64,000 nt of DNA, taken from the NCBI GenBank assembly GCA_951406725.2, contig OX597822.1:26102001-26166000 (forward strand), written 5' to 3'. Positions 35,743-49,900 of this stretch are shown one piece after another; positions within the stretch are counted from its first letter, which is position 1; each line of letters starts with the position of its first letter. The position numbers and the translations under genes were made by a program. This stretch comes from Octopus vulgaris (taxonomy: Eukaryota). The notes under the pieces were generated by a model that worked only from the letters and a program-made list of their open reading frames with translations, ran no database searches and was not told the DNA's origin.

Positions 35743-36774
35743 TAATTGTTAAAGTTACAATCATTTTCCCTTTTCCAGCTGAAAGCCTGGTACTAGCATT
35801 TAACCTGAACTGCCTGTCACCCATAAAAACCCATGAAAAAAAGGGAGAAATAGTACCAAAATTATATGGAAGATAATCCCTCCCGAATTACGAGGGGACT
35901 GTAAAAGGAAAGTGAAGGATGCACAAGGTGTAAAAAAAAGAGGTTTCTTGATTTGGTTGTCTCACTAGTAATAAAATGTTAACTCTTCTGCATTTAAAAA
36001 TGTTTATTATTTTAATAATGTGTGTGTGTGTGTGTGTGTGTGTGTTAGTCCCCACCATACAACACTTGACAAGTGTTGGTTTGTTTATGATGCCATAACT
36101 TAGTGGTACAGCAATAGAGACCCTCCAAAGGAGTACCTGCAACATCATCATCACAGTCTAATGACTGAAACAAATAAAGGATTAAGGCTTCAAGATCAAA
36201 AGTAGTGTTTTTTAAATTAAGTCCCTTATAAATTTGTTCAGCATCTTATACATCAAATACTGCCTTAACATTTTCACCACCAGGTGAAAATGATTGTCCT
36301 ATCTGTAACCTTTAACCAACTATACAGCTAATCACAATTTGTGATGTCAATTTTCCAAAAAAGAAAATTTTTCATATATATATATATAGCTATAAGTGTG
36401 GCTGTGTGGTAAGAAGCTTGCTTCCCAACCACATGGTTCCGGGTTCAGTTCCACTGCGTGACACCTTGGGCAAGTGTCTTCTACTATAGCCTCAGGCCGA
36501 CCACAGCCTTGTGAGTGGATTTGGTAGATGGAAACTGAAAGAAGTCTGTCGTGTGTGTGTGTGTGTGTATATGTATGTATATGTTTGTTTGCTCCCCCCC
36601 CCCCACCATCACCTGACAACTGATGTTGGAGTGTGTTTATGTCCCCAAAACTTAGCAGTTCAGCAAAAGAGACTGATAGAATAAGTATTGGGCTTACAAA
36701 GAGTAAGTCCTGGGGTCAATTTGTTTGACTAGAGGCGGTGCTTCAGCATAGCCACAGTCAAATGACAAACAAGT

Positions 36775-36806
<32 letters not shown>

Positions 36807-36826
36807 TATATAACTGACAATATATT

Positions 36827-37123
36827 TTAACTAACTTTAATCATGTGGACGTTGTAACATTTGGTCAACAGAATGTTTTTATGACTGACGTAATTGCAGT
36901 CTTCGTTCTTCGTTATTGAGAATGTTCGGAAGTTAAGATCCATTAATTTCTTAATAATAATAAAAGCATTATGGAAAACATTCCACTTAGACTCTGCAGT
37001 GTAATATAGCACATGAAACTCAACTAACAACTGTTTTACATGATCCAGTTCACCATCAGAGATTGCCTTTGTCAGGGAGCGCCATTCTGCCATCTCAATG
37101 TCCATTTTCAAAATAAATACGTT
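36827..37123 (-). CDS. METTL24: copy B exon 6, terminal ([14 protein letters not shown]...VKQLLVEFH...KVS*)
   Basis: Poly-T plus CAG acceptor. In frame with ORF 36827..37111. FkbM-like LKMDIE motif. TAA stop. Confidence 0.92.
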   Translation of the reverse strand, partial: NVFILKMDIEMAEWRSLTKAISDGELDHVKQLLVEFHVLYYTAESKWNVFHNAFIIIKKLMDLNFRTFSITKNEDCNYVSHKNILLTKCYNVHMIKVS

Positions 37124-38412
37124 CTGAAAAAAAAAAAAAAAAAAAATAAGAGAAAGAAAAGAAACTGAAGAAGCTATGAAATAAACACGCTTTTAACAAA
37201 GCTTTTCAAATAAGAAATGGATGATGCACAAATAGATGAATAGAGAGAGGGGGGGAGAAAGCGAAGAAGAGCAGGGAAAGAAGGAGTAAAGAGGAAAAAG
37301 TGAAAGAGATAGGGAGAAGGAGGTAAACAGAAAGAAAGAATGTTTTAATGAAAGATTTGTTTCCTTTTCTAGTCCTTTATGTTTTGAACAACAGCCTTGT
37401 TAAATCCATTAGTCTTTTGTCTGTTCAAAACATTCTTGTTATCCTCATCATCAGGATGAAATCATGGTATTCTCTCTGATTTTCAGTTATCAAGACTTAT
37501 CAATCAATAATTGATAAGTTCTGGCATTGATGATTTTATCAGTTACAGCAGTATCTCCATGATCTTTTGCAGCCTGCTGCTAAGTGTGTGAACATGTTAT
37601 CATCACCATTATTTCATTCTGATAATGAGACCAAAAAGATCTTGAAATCTTAATGGACTAATAAGTCAATATGACTGTTCCTAAATAAATATAAAGAACT
37701 ACTAAGCAAACAAGAAAATTCTTGAAAAGGATGAACCTCAAACACACTTTTATATAGCATGTTTCAAAAGAAAAGCTGTTCCTTCCTTTCTTTCGTACAT
37801 ACATACACGCATGCATGTATGTATGCAGGTGCGCACACACACACACACACACACACATGCACAAATAGATAAACAGATTCCTCTCATACCTACAGATGTT
37901 ACATTTTAATTTAAGATGCTTCAGTTTCCAATCAAACTAAGTTTTGGTATTTTAATTAACAAATCTAAGGGTCAATCCTTCAAGGTAGTTGGATTTGATC
38001 TCTCTACTACATGCTTCTCCCATGGCCAATTCTAAAGTTGCTTGCTCGTGACTTGGAAGCAGCAACAATTTATTCATTTCGACACCAATAAACAATTACA
38101 CAATAAATATTTTTTACCCTGAGGTGCTTCAACAGTGACAGATTTTCAGTTCAAAATTCTATTATCATTACAATTTGGATAATTTTTAATAAAATATAGA
38201 GATTTTGAAATAATTATGAGAATATATCTTTATATTTATTACTTATCTGAATAAGAACAGCAGTAACCTGGGCAATGCCGGGTCATTCAGCTAGTAAAAG
38301 ATAAATTTAATAAACTTAGTATTTTTGTTCCTAAAAGGAGTTGAGCTTGTGAACCCTTTTTGTTAGGTCTACCAGTGAGGTACATGAGAAATAAATGGGA
38401 GAGAAAAGAAAG

Positions 38413-38454
<42 letters not shown>

Positions 38455-41400
38455 TATATTCCTTTTCAATCCCATTAATTTCTCATGTACTTTACTGGTA
38501 GGCCTAACAAAAAGGGTCACAAGTTCAACTCCTTTTAGAGACAAAAATAAAAAAAATCTATCATCGTCTTCTATAAAATAGTTCATTGGGTTTTCCTTTA
38601 AGAAACTTCATAAGGTGCAGGTGTGTCTGTGTAGTAAGGAGCTTGCTTCCCAAACACATGGTTCTGGGTTCAGCCCTACTGCATGGCACCTAAGACAAGT
38701 GCTTTCTACTATACCCTCAGACCAACCAAAGCCTTGTAACTGGATTCGGTAGACAGAAACTGAAAGAAGCATCGCGCGCGAGTGCATGTGTGTGTGTGTG
38801 TGTGTGTATGTATGCACATGTGCCTTTGTATCTGTGTTAGCCCCCATCACCACTTGACAACCAGTGTTGGTGTGTTTACATCCCTTTAACTAAGCGATTT
38901 TACCAGTAGAATAAGTACTAGGCTTTAAAAAAAGTTCTAGGGTTGATTTTATCAACTACAAACCTGCAAGGTAGTGCCTCAGTATGGCCACAGTCAAATG
39001 ACTGACACAGTTGAAAGAAGTAAACATATACACTCACACAGCACTGAGATTCTCTGCTTTGGCATGGTTTCTACACCTGGATGCCTTTCCCAACGCAACC
39101 AATTTAAAGTGTGTCCTAAGTACCACCAGCACTATTGAGGTCATCAAATAGCTATCAAATCTACAAACCCAACAAGAGGTTGGGTACCATATCTTTATGG
39201 GATGGGAATTAAGGTATGAGTGAAGAAGTTTGGATAGAGCAGATTGTTATAGTAGCGGAGCTACAGAGTAGCTCATGTTTACGAGAGAGAGCAAGAATGT
39301 ACTGGGGGGTACCTTCAAAGAGATAGACAATGGTGATGAGAAGTACAGGTGGCACTTCAGATAGTTGGAGTTAAAGGATCAGCTTTTGCATTGAATAAGA
39401 TTTAGGAGTATCTTCAAAGAGATAGACAATGGTGATGAGAGGTCCAGGTGGCACTTCAGATAGGAGTTGGAGTGGATCAGCTTTTGTCTTGAGCAAGATT
39501 TGTATATTTTGATGACTGTGTGTATGTCTCACTTTGAGAGCTTTATATATAGAATACATCTTAATGAAATGCATGCTTGTTGATTATCGACATCATCATC
39601 ATTTAAAGTCTGTTTTCTATGCTGGCAAGCTGAAGAGCTGTACCAGGTTCTAGTCTGATTTGGCTTGGTTTTGATGGTTGGGTGCCCTTCCTAATGCCAA
39701 CCACTTTACAGAGTGTGCTGCATGCTTTTTACATAGAAAACACGTGTGCTTTCTACATGGACCAGCACGAGTAGTTTCTATGCAGACAAGTATGGGTGCT
39801 CTTTGAGTGGATTGGCATGGGTGCTTTTAGACTGGCATGAGTGCTTTCAACATGGACCAGCACAAGGGTTCTCACAAGGCACTGTTCAGCTGAGAGGGGA
39901 GCATTAACAATTCTGCTATGGTGGGCAATCTTTTTGAGTACAGGAAGGTGATCTAAAAATACCACTTTTGATTAGAACATAGCCTAGCAATATATCACGT
40001 GTTCTTATAAATTTATGTGAAATACACAGAATGTGTGTTAGAGCAATTTGTTTATGAAATACTAATGTCAGCTTTTTCTTCTGAAATCCCATCATTTTTG
40101 TGGAACTGCTATACAAGTGTGTGCATGTGTGTAGTATGTGTATAGACACACATACACACACACTCAAACACTTACCTCTGTGTGATTTAAATATTTGCGA
40201 ATGTCTGAGAGTGTCATAAACACTCTGTCACTAACAACATCCGTTCTATCCATTATTCCAATAGAATGGAAATTCATCAAAGAAAGATTTGGAATCCCTG
40301 TTTTATTTACACTGTAAAAGAAAAAAGAACAAAAAAAAAAGGGAAAATATAATTTTGTTAACACATGTAAACACAAAAACATGCATTAAAAGGAGTCATA
40401 ACATGCAGAAGAGAAGATTGTACTGGTTCAAATGTATGATACAAAGGAAGCACGATACATTTTTTTTACCTCATAATTTAGTTAGTGAGGAAAAGACAGC
40501 TCCTTTTATATACATACATCATCATCATCATCATCAATGTTTAACGTCCGCTTTCCATGCTAGCATGGGTTGGACGATTTTGACTGAGGGCTGGCAAACC
40601 AGATGGCTGCACCAAGCTCCAATCTTGATCTGGCAAAGTTTCTACAGCTGGATGCCCTTCCTAATGCCAACCACTCCAAGACTGTAGTGGGTGCTTTTTA
40701 CGTACCACAGGCACAGGGGCCAGTCAGGCGGTACTGGCAACGACCCCGCTCGAATCTTTTTACACATGCCACCAGCACAGGTGAGCTTTTGCTGACATGA
40801 AGAAAGCTTTCGACAAGGTCCTCCGCACCCTTATCTGCTGGTCATTGCAGAAACTAAGGATAGAGGAGTTGCCGCTGAAAGCCATATAAGCCATGTGCAG
40901 GGATGCTAGCAATGAATTCAGAATACAAGAATCAATCCTCAGCCGCCTCTTGTTCATCATAATCCTCCAAACAATAACGGAGGTATTTAAGTTGGGCTGT
41001 CCCTTCTTTATGCTGATGACCTTGTTCTTATAGCTGAATCATTAACAGAACTGAAGAAAAAATTTCAGGAGTGAAAGTAAGGTCTGGATTCAAAGGGCCT
41101 CAGAGTTGATTGAGCAAAATCTCTTAGTGGGAAAGATGTCAAATCACAAATCCCTTCAGGTAGAAGATATGTAGAAAAGGCATAGGTAGAAACTCCATGA
41201 GGTGTACTCAGTGTAAGCTGTGGACACATGAGAGGTTCAGCAATATCAGAGGAAGGTTAGCAGGGGAAATAGTCTTTGTGTGTGGCATATGCAAGGCACA
41301 GTAAACACTAGAAATATACAGAAAATATAGATTCCATCAAATGCCTGTTTGGATGCTGACAATTTGGCATGGGTAACTTGACACTCAGCCAGCTTTGCCA

Positions 41401-44400
41401 ACAGTACTTTTTAGTACTAGATACACACATACAAGACAGAAAGAATGAGTGAGAGAGCAGTATTACAATTTATTAATTGAATACAATTGACATAAATATT
41501 GTTCCCCTCTTTATACACATAAAAGGAAATATAGCCACACACATAAACCAACAGAGAGGAGATGGAGAAAGTGAAAGAAATATTAAAACGTCTGATATCA
41601 AATAAGACAGCATTGGATCAGTGTTACCAAATAGGCAGTACCAAAACAGTTGTGACAAAATGTCTCATCTCTAACATTTAGTGTCAGCCCATCACTAGGT
41701 GAGACAAGCTGACACTGAATCAGCTTCGCTGACTGACAGATGACGGTCGTTTAGAGAATGTGCGGGCTAAGACTACGAACCTTCACTAGTCAGTTAAGGT
41801 GAGACAGTGTCACGTGACAACTTGTGAGGGCTGCCTGCTGGAGCCAAGCAGCAGGTATTTAAAGGGATCCTATAAAGGAGCTGTTGTGGTAGCAGACCAT
41901 GAAACACGGTTGTAATTCCTCTATACCAATACGAGAAGTAGTGAGGACCAATCTCACGACACAGGTTTTTATAAAAGACCTTAACTAGTGGAAAAAACAC
42001 TGTGTTAAAACATGTCCATCCTACCCGTATTAGGATAGAAAATACAAAATTTTCAGTGCTACTTTGGCGTGATCTACAAGGGAGATTACTTTAGGCTACT
42101 TTTTAAATTATTTTGTACATACTTAGAATTGTAAATGTATTTTTTTCAAAATTCTTTCTATTTTGATAATAAGAATACCATACAATAATTACAAAAAAGG
42201 CCCTTAAATCATACAAAATAAATTTGCTCACGTAGAGCACACGGAAAGTAGCACTAACATAAAGTAAACTAAAAAGTAACCTAAAGTAATCGCCCTTTAA
42301 ATTCTAACTCTCACACTAAAGTGATACCTTTCTTTTTGTTAAATGATGTTTCTCTATCGTCTTTAGAAACTAACATGCATTACATAATGTAGTAAGGAGT
42401 GGCTGTGTGGTAAGTAGCTTGCTAACCAACCACATGGTTCCGGGTTCAGTCCCACTGCGTGGCACCTTGGGCAAGTGTCTTCTACTATAGCCTTGGGCCG
42501 ACCAAAGCCTTGTAAGTGGATTTGGTAAACGTAAACTGAAAGAAGCCTGTCGTATATATGTATATATATGTATGTATGTGTGTGTGTGTTTGTGTGTCTG
42601 TGTTTGTCTCCCTAGCATTGCTTGACAACCGATGCTGGTGTGTTTACGTCCCCATCACTTAGCGGTTCGGCAAAAGAGACCGATGGAATAAGTACTGGGC
42701 TTACAAAGAATAAGTCCTGGGGTCAATTTGCTCAACTAAAGGCGGTGCTCCAGCATGGCCGCAGTCAAATGGCTGAAACAAGTAAAAGAGTAAAAGAGTA
42801 TAGAAAGTGAAATGGTCATTGTTGGAAAGACTTTGATCAGGTCTGACCTGGATTTAAAACAAATAAACTAATAAACTAAACTACATGTAACATAAACTAA
42901 ACTACATTAACATGTAGCATAAACATAAACGAAACTACACATAACATAATTCACCTGCTTCATAGATACAAGTTAAATAATAGGTGCTAGCACCATTGCC
43001 ACCACAAACAAAAGAAGGTACTTACAATGGATCAAAGGAATGCACTTCACAGCTAAAGATTTTCTGCATTTCAACATCAAAACTTGACTCAAGACCAATT
43101 CTGTTGAAAGAAAGACAATATGTATATGATGTGTGTCTGTGTGCATGCATGCATGCGCATTAGTGACTCTTTGTCTTAACTTTGTATGATAGCTGTAAAC
43201 AAATGTCACTGTCATACAAGTGGTGTCTTTTATTTTCATTCTTCTGTGTAAAAATGCCAGGGCATGGAGAAATAATACCTTACTTGAAAACATCTAAGGG
43301 CATCAGGCTGTAAAAAATCTGCCTCAACAAATAATGACTGACCCATGCATGCATAACACAAATCAGTATTTCTGGGATGAAGAATTTTTATATTATGAAT
43401 TAGCCAGAGTAGTGATCTTATCTTAGTTGTTGCTTTTCACTATGTTTCAGCTGTGTATGCTCCACCTTTTTCAGGTAGATTGTAACTGACCTTAGTAAAC
43501 TTGCCTAGGATTGAACTCCGAACTTCTAGGCAACTTCACTGCATTAGCTAGCACCTTTATCCACTATGCTAAATCCATAGGCAGTAACAGTCATTTTTAA
43601 GGTTTATAAAGCTTCATTGATTGTCTTATGTTGTCTCCTTACTGATTGGATGACACAATTCTATATTGGTGAGATTAGGAATTTTCATATTATGTATAGT
43701 GAAGGTACATGGCTCAGTGGTTAGTGCGTTGGGCTCAAAATCATAAGGTAGTGAGTTCAATTCCTCGACCAGGTTGTGTGTTGTGTTCTTAAGCAAGACA
43801 CTTTATTTCCCTCAGCTGTAGGAATGAATTGCGATGTCACTGGTGCCAAGCTGTATCAGCCTTTGCCTTTCCCTTGGATAACACCAGAGGTGGCTGAGTT
43901 CCTTTCAAGCGTTGGACCTCATAGAAGCAAGGTGGCCAAGCTACTGAGCTTCATAGAGGTAAAGTGGCTGAGTTATTTTTGAGTGTTGGGCCACATGGGG
44001 GCAAGGTGGCTGAGTTCCTTTTGAGTGTTGGGCCTCATGGAAGCAAAATGGCCAAGTTACTGGGCTTCATGGAGGCAAATAGGCTGAGTTCGTTTTGAGT
44101 GTTGGGCCTTATGAAGGCAAGGTGGCTGAGTTCCTTTCATGCATTGGGCCTCATGGAAGCAAAATGGCCAAGTTACTGGGCTTCATGGAGGCAAAGTGAC
44201 TGAGTTCCTTTTGAGTCTTGGGCCTTATGAAGGCAAGGTGGCTGAGTTCTTTTTGTGCATTGGGCCTCATGGAAGCAAAATGGCCAAGTTACTGGGCTTC
44301 ATGGAGGCAAAGTGGCTGAGTTCCTTTTGAGTGTTGGGCCTTATGAAGGCAAAGTGGCCAAGCTCCTTTCAAGTGTTGGGCTTCACAGAGGCAATGACAA

Positions 44401-46636
44401 AGACCGTTGGAATTATGTTATGGTGAGAAGACCCATCAAGCCAAGCAAAATCACAGTCATAGCAGATACCAGTGTCATGCAAATGGTACCTGTGCTGGTG
44501 CCATGTAGAAATACCCATTACACTCTCAGAGCGGTTGGCACTAGGAAGGGCATCCAGCTGTAGAAAACTATGCCAAATCAGACTGGATCCTAGCAGAGCC
44601 TTCCAGCATATCAGTCCAGTCAAACTGTACAACCCATGCCAGTATGGACAACGGATGTTAGATGATGATGTGTGGAGAGGAGAGGCTGGTAATCACAGGG
44701 AGCTGCTGGTCTTCCATAAACAACATTGCCCAGACTTGTGCCTTGGAAGGTAGCTTTTTAGGTGCAATACCATGGTCATTTATGACCAAAGGAGGTCTTC
44801 ATATCATGCATAAGTCAGACTAGTGTCTTCATCTTGGTTGTTGCTTTCACTATGTTTCAGCTGTTGTACACTCCAGCCATCCTCAGGTGTCTTGTGATTA
44901 ACCTGAGTACCTTCTCTGGAATTGCCTGGAAAAGTGGATGTTAAAAATCATCATCTTCATCATCGTTTAACATCCATTTTCCATGCTAGCATGGACTGGA
45001 CGGTTCGACTGGGGTCTGGGAAGTCAGGAGGCTGCACCAGGCTCCAGTCTGATCTGGCAGTGTTTCTACAGCTGAATGCCCTTCCTAATGCCAACTACTC
45101 TGTGAGTGTAGCAGGTGCTTTTTACATGCCCCCAGCACAGGTACCAGGGGACGCTGGCAACGGTCACGATTGGTTGGTGCTTTTTACATGCCACCGGCAC
45201 GGGTATCACAACTACAATTTCCATTTGATTTTTATTTTGATGTTGATGTACTTGACTCAATAGGTCTCCTCAAGCACAAAATAGTAATGATAATTATACA
45301 CAAACACATATAATATATAACAGGCTTCTTTCAGTTTCCATCTACCAATCCATTCATATGGCTTTGGTCAGCCTGGGGCTATAGTAGAAGACTCTTGCCC
45401 AAGGTGCAACGCAGTAGAACTGAACCTGAAGTCATGTGGTTGGGAAGCAAACTTCTTAACCACACAGCTATACCTGCACATATATATCAATACATTTTAT
45501 ATACAATGAAATATTGATTTCAAAATCTGGCACAAGGCCAACAATTTCGGGGGTGGGGTTAAGTTGATTACATCAATTTCAGTACTCAACTGGTACTTAG
45601 TTTCCTGACCCTGAAAAGATGAAAGGCAAAAAAATCAAAAACTGAGTACAGTGGAATCTGAACTCAGAGTGTAAAGACGGATGAAACGTCACAAAGCATT
45701 ATGCCAAGTGTGCTAATGATTTTGCCAATTTGTTGCCTTTATACTATGAAATATTGGAAATCAATATATTCAATTACATTAAATTACCTTTTCTTGTAAC
45801 AGCTGTCATACACTACATTATATATGGTGCATTTATGAGTCTCCAAACAATTGCAATCCAAATATCAAAATATATATTATACATAGTAGCATATTTATAC
45901 ACTTCTTATGTTAACTCTCTCTGTATCTCTCTTTTACTCCATTTCCCCCTCTCTCTTTGAGATGCAAAGAGTGATCAGAGAAATCAAACCAACAATTTAT
46001 ATATGCGTGTGTGCATAAATATACAATTCTTATTTCTTTATTGCCTACAAGAGGCTAAACATAGAGGGGACAAACAAGGACATTAAGTTCATTACATCGA
46101 CCCCAGTGCGTAACTGGTACTTAATTTATCGACTCTGAAAGGATGAAAGGCAAAGTCGACTTTGGCATAATTTGAACTCAGAACGTAACAGCAGACGAAA
46201 TACCGCTAAGCATTTCGCCCAGCATACCAACGTTTCTGCCAGCTCGCCGCATAAATATACAATTCTGTTATAAGAATTCATGCATGTGTGCATATGTGTA
46301 TGTATATAAACATATTATTTTGTTATGAGAATTCCAAACTAATGTGGATTGTCTGGGCCAACGTTTAAAATCTTACCTATAATTTTACCTGATGATGGTG
46401 CATTATATATTATGATGTATTTTCTATGACTGCATAAAATAAATAAAACTGTACTGAAAATTTGAACATTTCATAAATTTGAAATGCCAATTGTTTACTT
46501 TTTATATATAGAAATTTAACTATATAATGATTATAAAAAATGATCTATAATTGTATATGAATTTAAACTCAGCAACATAAAGCTGGTGTGCAGTGCAGAA
46601 AAAAATGTGATCTAAAAGCTATTATCCTCCATCCTA

Positions 46637-46691
<55 letters not shown>

Positions 46692-46916
46692 GCCTGGCCC
46701 CCGTGCCAGTGACACGTAAAAAGCACCATCCGTCCGTGGCCGTCTGGCACCTGTGCGGGTGGCACGTAAAAAGCACCCACTACACTCACAGAGTGGTTGG
46801 CGTTAGGAAGGGCATCCAGCCGTAGAAACACTGCCAGATCAGACTGGGCCTGATGCAGCCTTCTGGCTTCACAGACCCCAGTAGCATGGAAAGCAGACGC
46901 TAAATGATGATGATGA

Positions 46917-46955
<39 letters not shown>

Positions 46956-49900
46956 AGAGAGAGATAGGACACATATTTATAATCATTTAAAGATACACAA
47001 AATTTTAAAAAGGCAGAAGGAATTTACTTACCCAAATGAGTATACCAAGCAAGGCACCATGGGAAAATATCCTTTATCCAAACAAACATTCCATCCTCCG
47101 TCTCCATGAGAACCAACGCGGGCTATTTTGTTACACTGCACCTGAATTTGGCTCATGAATCTAAAGTAATATTCAACAAATAAATTATTGATTTTTCTTT
47201 TACATGGACACAAGGACATGATTATAAAAGGCTGACAAGAGACATGAAGTGAAACAACTACAACTGGGAATGAAAGGGTACATTATTTGTTTCACTCTAT
47301 GAGAGGTTGTTGCTTCTACTCTACAACATCAAACAGACTGACAGAGAACCACAGAGGAAAGTATCTGTAACATTTCCTCATAGACCATGGAACTGGTTTT
47401 GGCCACTGTTTTTACATCGCCACACCAAATCAAATTAAATGTAGTTTTAGAAATCAGAACAGGTAACAATGATTTAAATCACCGCAAGAAACACATAAGA
47501 ATACAGTCTTATGATGCTCATGTTGCTTTCAATATCATTAGTTTTAAAATACATGGAAGTCAGCAAAATACCATTGAAAGATTTCTTATACTATAGTTAA
47601 CAAACAACAATATGTAAAAGAGGAATCAAAGAATATTACCCATGAAATAAATCTTCAAGTTCTGATGCTGATTTTGCATCCAACTCTTCTGTGGACGGTA
47701 AAATCTAAACAAGAAAACAAAATATGGAAGATGAGTTAATAATATATTTCAGGTGCTTTCAATGTGCAGGATTTGGGAAATTTTCAGATCTTCACTAGTT
47801 TTCTTACTTTTATCTAATTCGCCAATTATGAGAAAACTGACAGTCTATTCTCATGTTTGCCCTTAGCTGGACCACTTGCAGCAGTCACAAACAGATTAGC
47901 TAAGAGCAAAACTCAGAGTGAATTGTCGCCTGGCCCCCATGCTGGTGGCACGTAAAAAGCACCATCCATCCATGGTCGTTTGCCAGCTCCGTCTGGCACC
48001 TGTGCGGGTGGCACGTAAAAAGCACCCACTACACTCACAGAGTGGTAGGCGTTAGGAAGGGCATCCAGCCGTAGAAACACTGCCAGTTTATTTATATATA
48101 TATATATAGAACAATCTTACTTAGAAAGGGATGTGTGCGTTCCGTCATATAATATATTAATAAATAAAACATATGCATATATATATACATATATGTACGT
48201 ACCTACCTCTACATGTATATATACACGCATATATGAGTACAGGACACCAAAAAAACGTCGAACACAATGAGAAACGAAAACATAGACACAAACCCAAGGA
48301 ACTGGACATTTTTCTTAAACAACAAAAAAATAGTGTACAGGACAAATAACACTCATGTACTCATATATGCGTGTATATATACATGTAGAGGTAGGTATGT
48401 ACATATATGTATATATATATGCATATGTTTTATTTATTAATATATATATATATATATATATATATAGCCCACTTATGCATACCTTTCCTTCTTGTGACAC
48501 AAACCCTACTTGTGAAGACCTGTTGAGGCAAGTGAAAATCAAAATCAAAATCGATCAACATCAATGGAAATTGTAGTTGTGATACCAGTGCCGGTGGCAC
48601 ATAAGAGAACCATCCGAACATGGCCGTTGCCAGCGCCCCTCCGACTGGCCTCCGTGCTGGTGGCACGTAAAAAGCACCATCTGATTGTGGCCGTTGCCAG
48701 CCACGCCTGGCCCCCGTGCCGGTGGCACGTAAAAAGCACCATCCGATCGTGGCCGTTTACCAGCCTCGTCTGGCACCTGTGCAGGTGGCATGTAAAAAGC
48801 ACCCACTACACTCACGGAGTGGTTGGTGTTAGGAAGGGCATCCAGCTGTAGAAACACTGCCAGATCAGACTGGGCCTGGCGCAGCCTACTGGCTTCCCAG
48901 ACCCCAGTTGAACCGTCCAACCCATGCTAGCATGGAAAACGGACGTTAAACGATGATGATGATGATACAAGGTCTAACCAATAAGTATCCGGACTGTTGC
49001 TATAGTAATGAAGCTAAAGTATGCAGAGTGAAGCTGCTTGGTACAGATTGACCTCAAACTCTGCTGTGTAAGAACACTAAGTTTTACCATTCTAGCTCAC
49101 TTCCACTGTTTACAGCAGTGCTTGGAAGGAAGGTGTGTAGCATGTGATAGGCACATTGATCATAACAGAGAAAGTTGTCATGGCGATACCTACTCAGAGG
49201 CCTACACAAAGGTGCAGAAAGTGTATAGCAGGGAGTGTATGAGCTGCACACAAGTGTATGAGTGGTTCAGATGTTACCAAGATGGCCAAAAAAATGCTGA
49301 TAGTGACAAACGTTCTGGGACACCTGCAACTAGCAGAACCAAGAAAAACATCGCAGACGTGCATGCAGCTGTGAGGAGTGGATACTATTGATAAGATGAT
49401 AAGGACATACACCTGCAAAGGAATGACTCGAAGATGAGAAGAAATGACCTATGGTTATATTCTACATCATGATTGATATAAGTGCAGTGAATGCTTTCAT
49501 TGTTGCTAAACAGCTTCACTTGCAAAGTTTCAAGGATAAAAGAAGACAGTGCCTTATTCAGTTAGGAAAGGAACTTGGAGTTAATGCTAAACAAGAACAT
49601 GACAAATAATCTTCTAGTTACGCTAACATTTCTGAACCAAACAAGAAAAGAAGACGATCTTCAACCCCATTTGTGATTCCTCAACCAAAGAAAGAAGGAA
49701 GATGTACTGTGTGTGGCCTAAAAAGAGACAGGAAAACTCATACATGTCAGAGTTGTAATATCCATGTTTGCCAAGAACATTCCAATGTTCTCTGCATTTA
49801 CTGCCATGAAGAGTTGTAATTCTGTATTTTTGTAATTTTTAAAATTTATAATATAATTTGTAAGCTGTATTTTTTTTATTAAACTTGTGAGACACCGTAA

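Noticed and set aside
43888-44395. CRISPR-like array or repetitive protein
   Set aside because: No unique spacers, eukaryotic context, and the 116-bp period breaks the reading frame.
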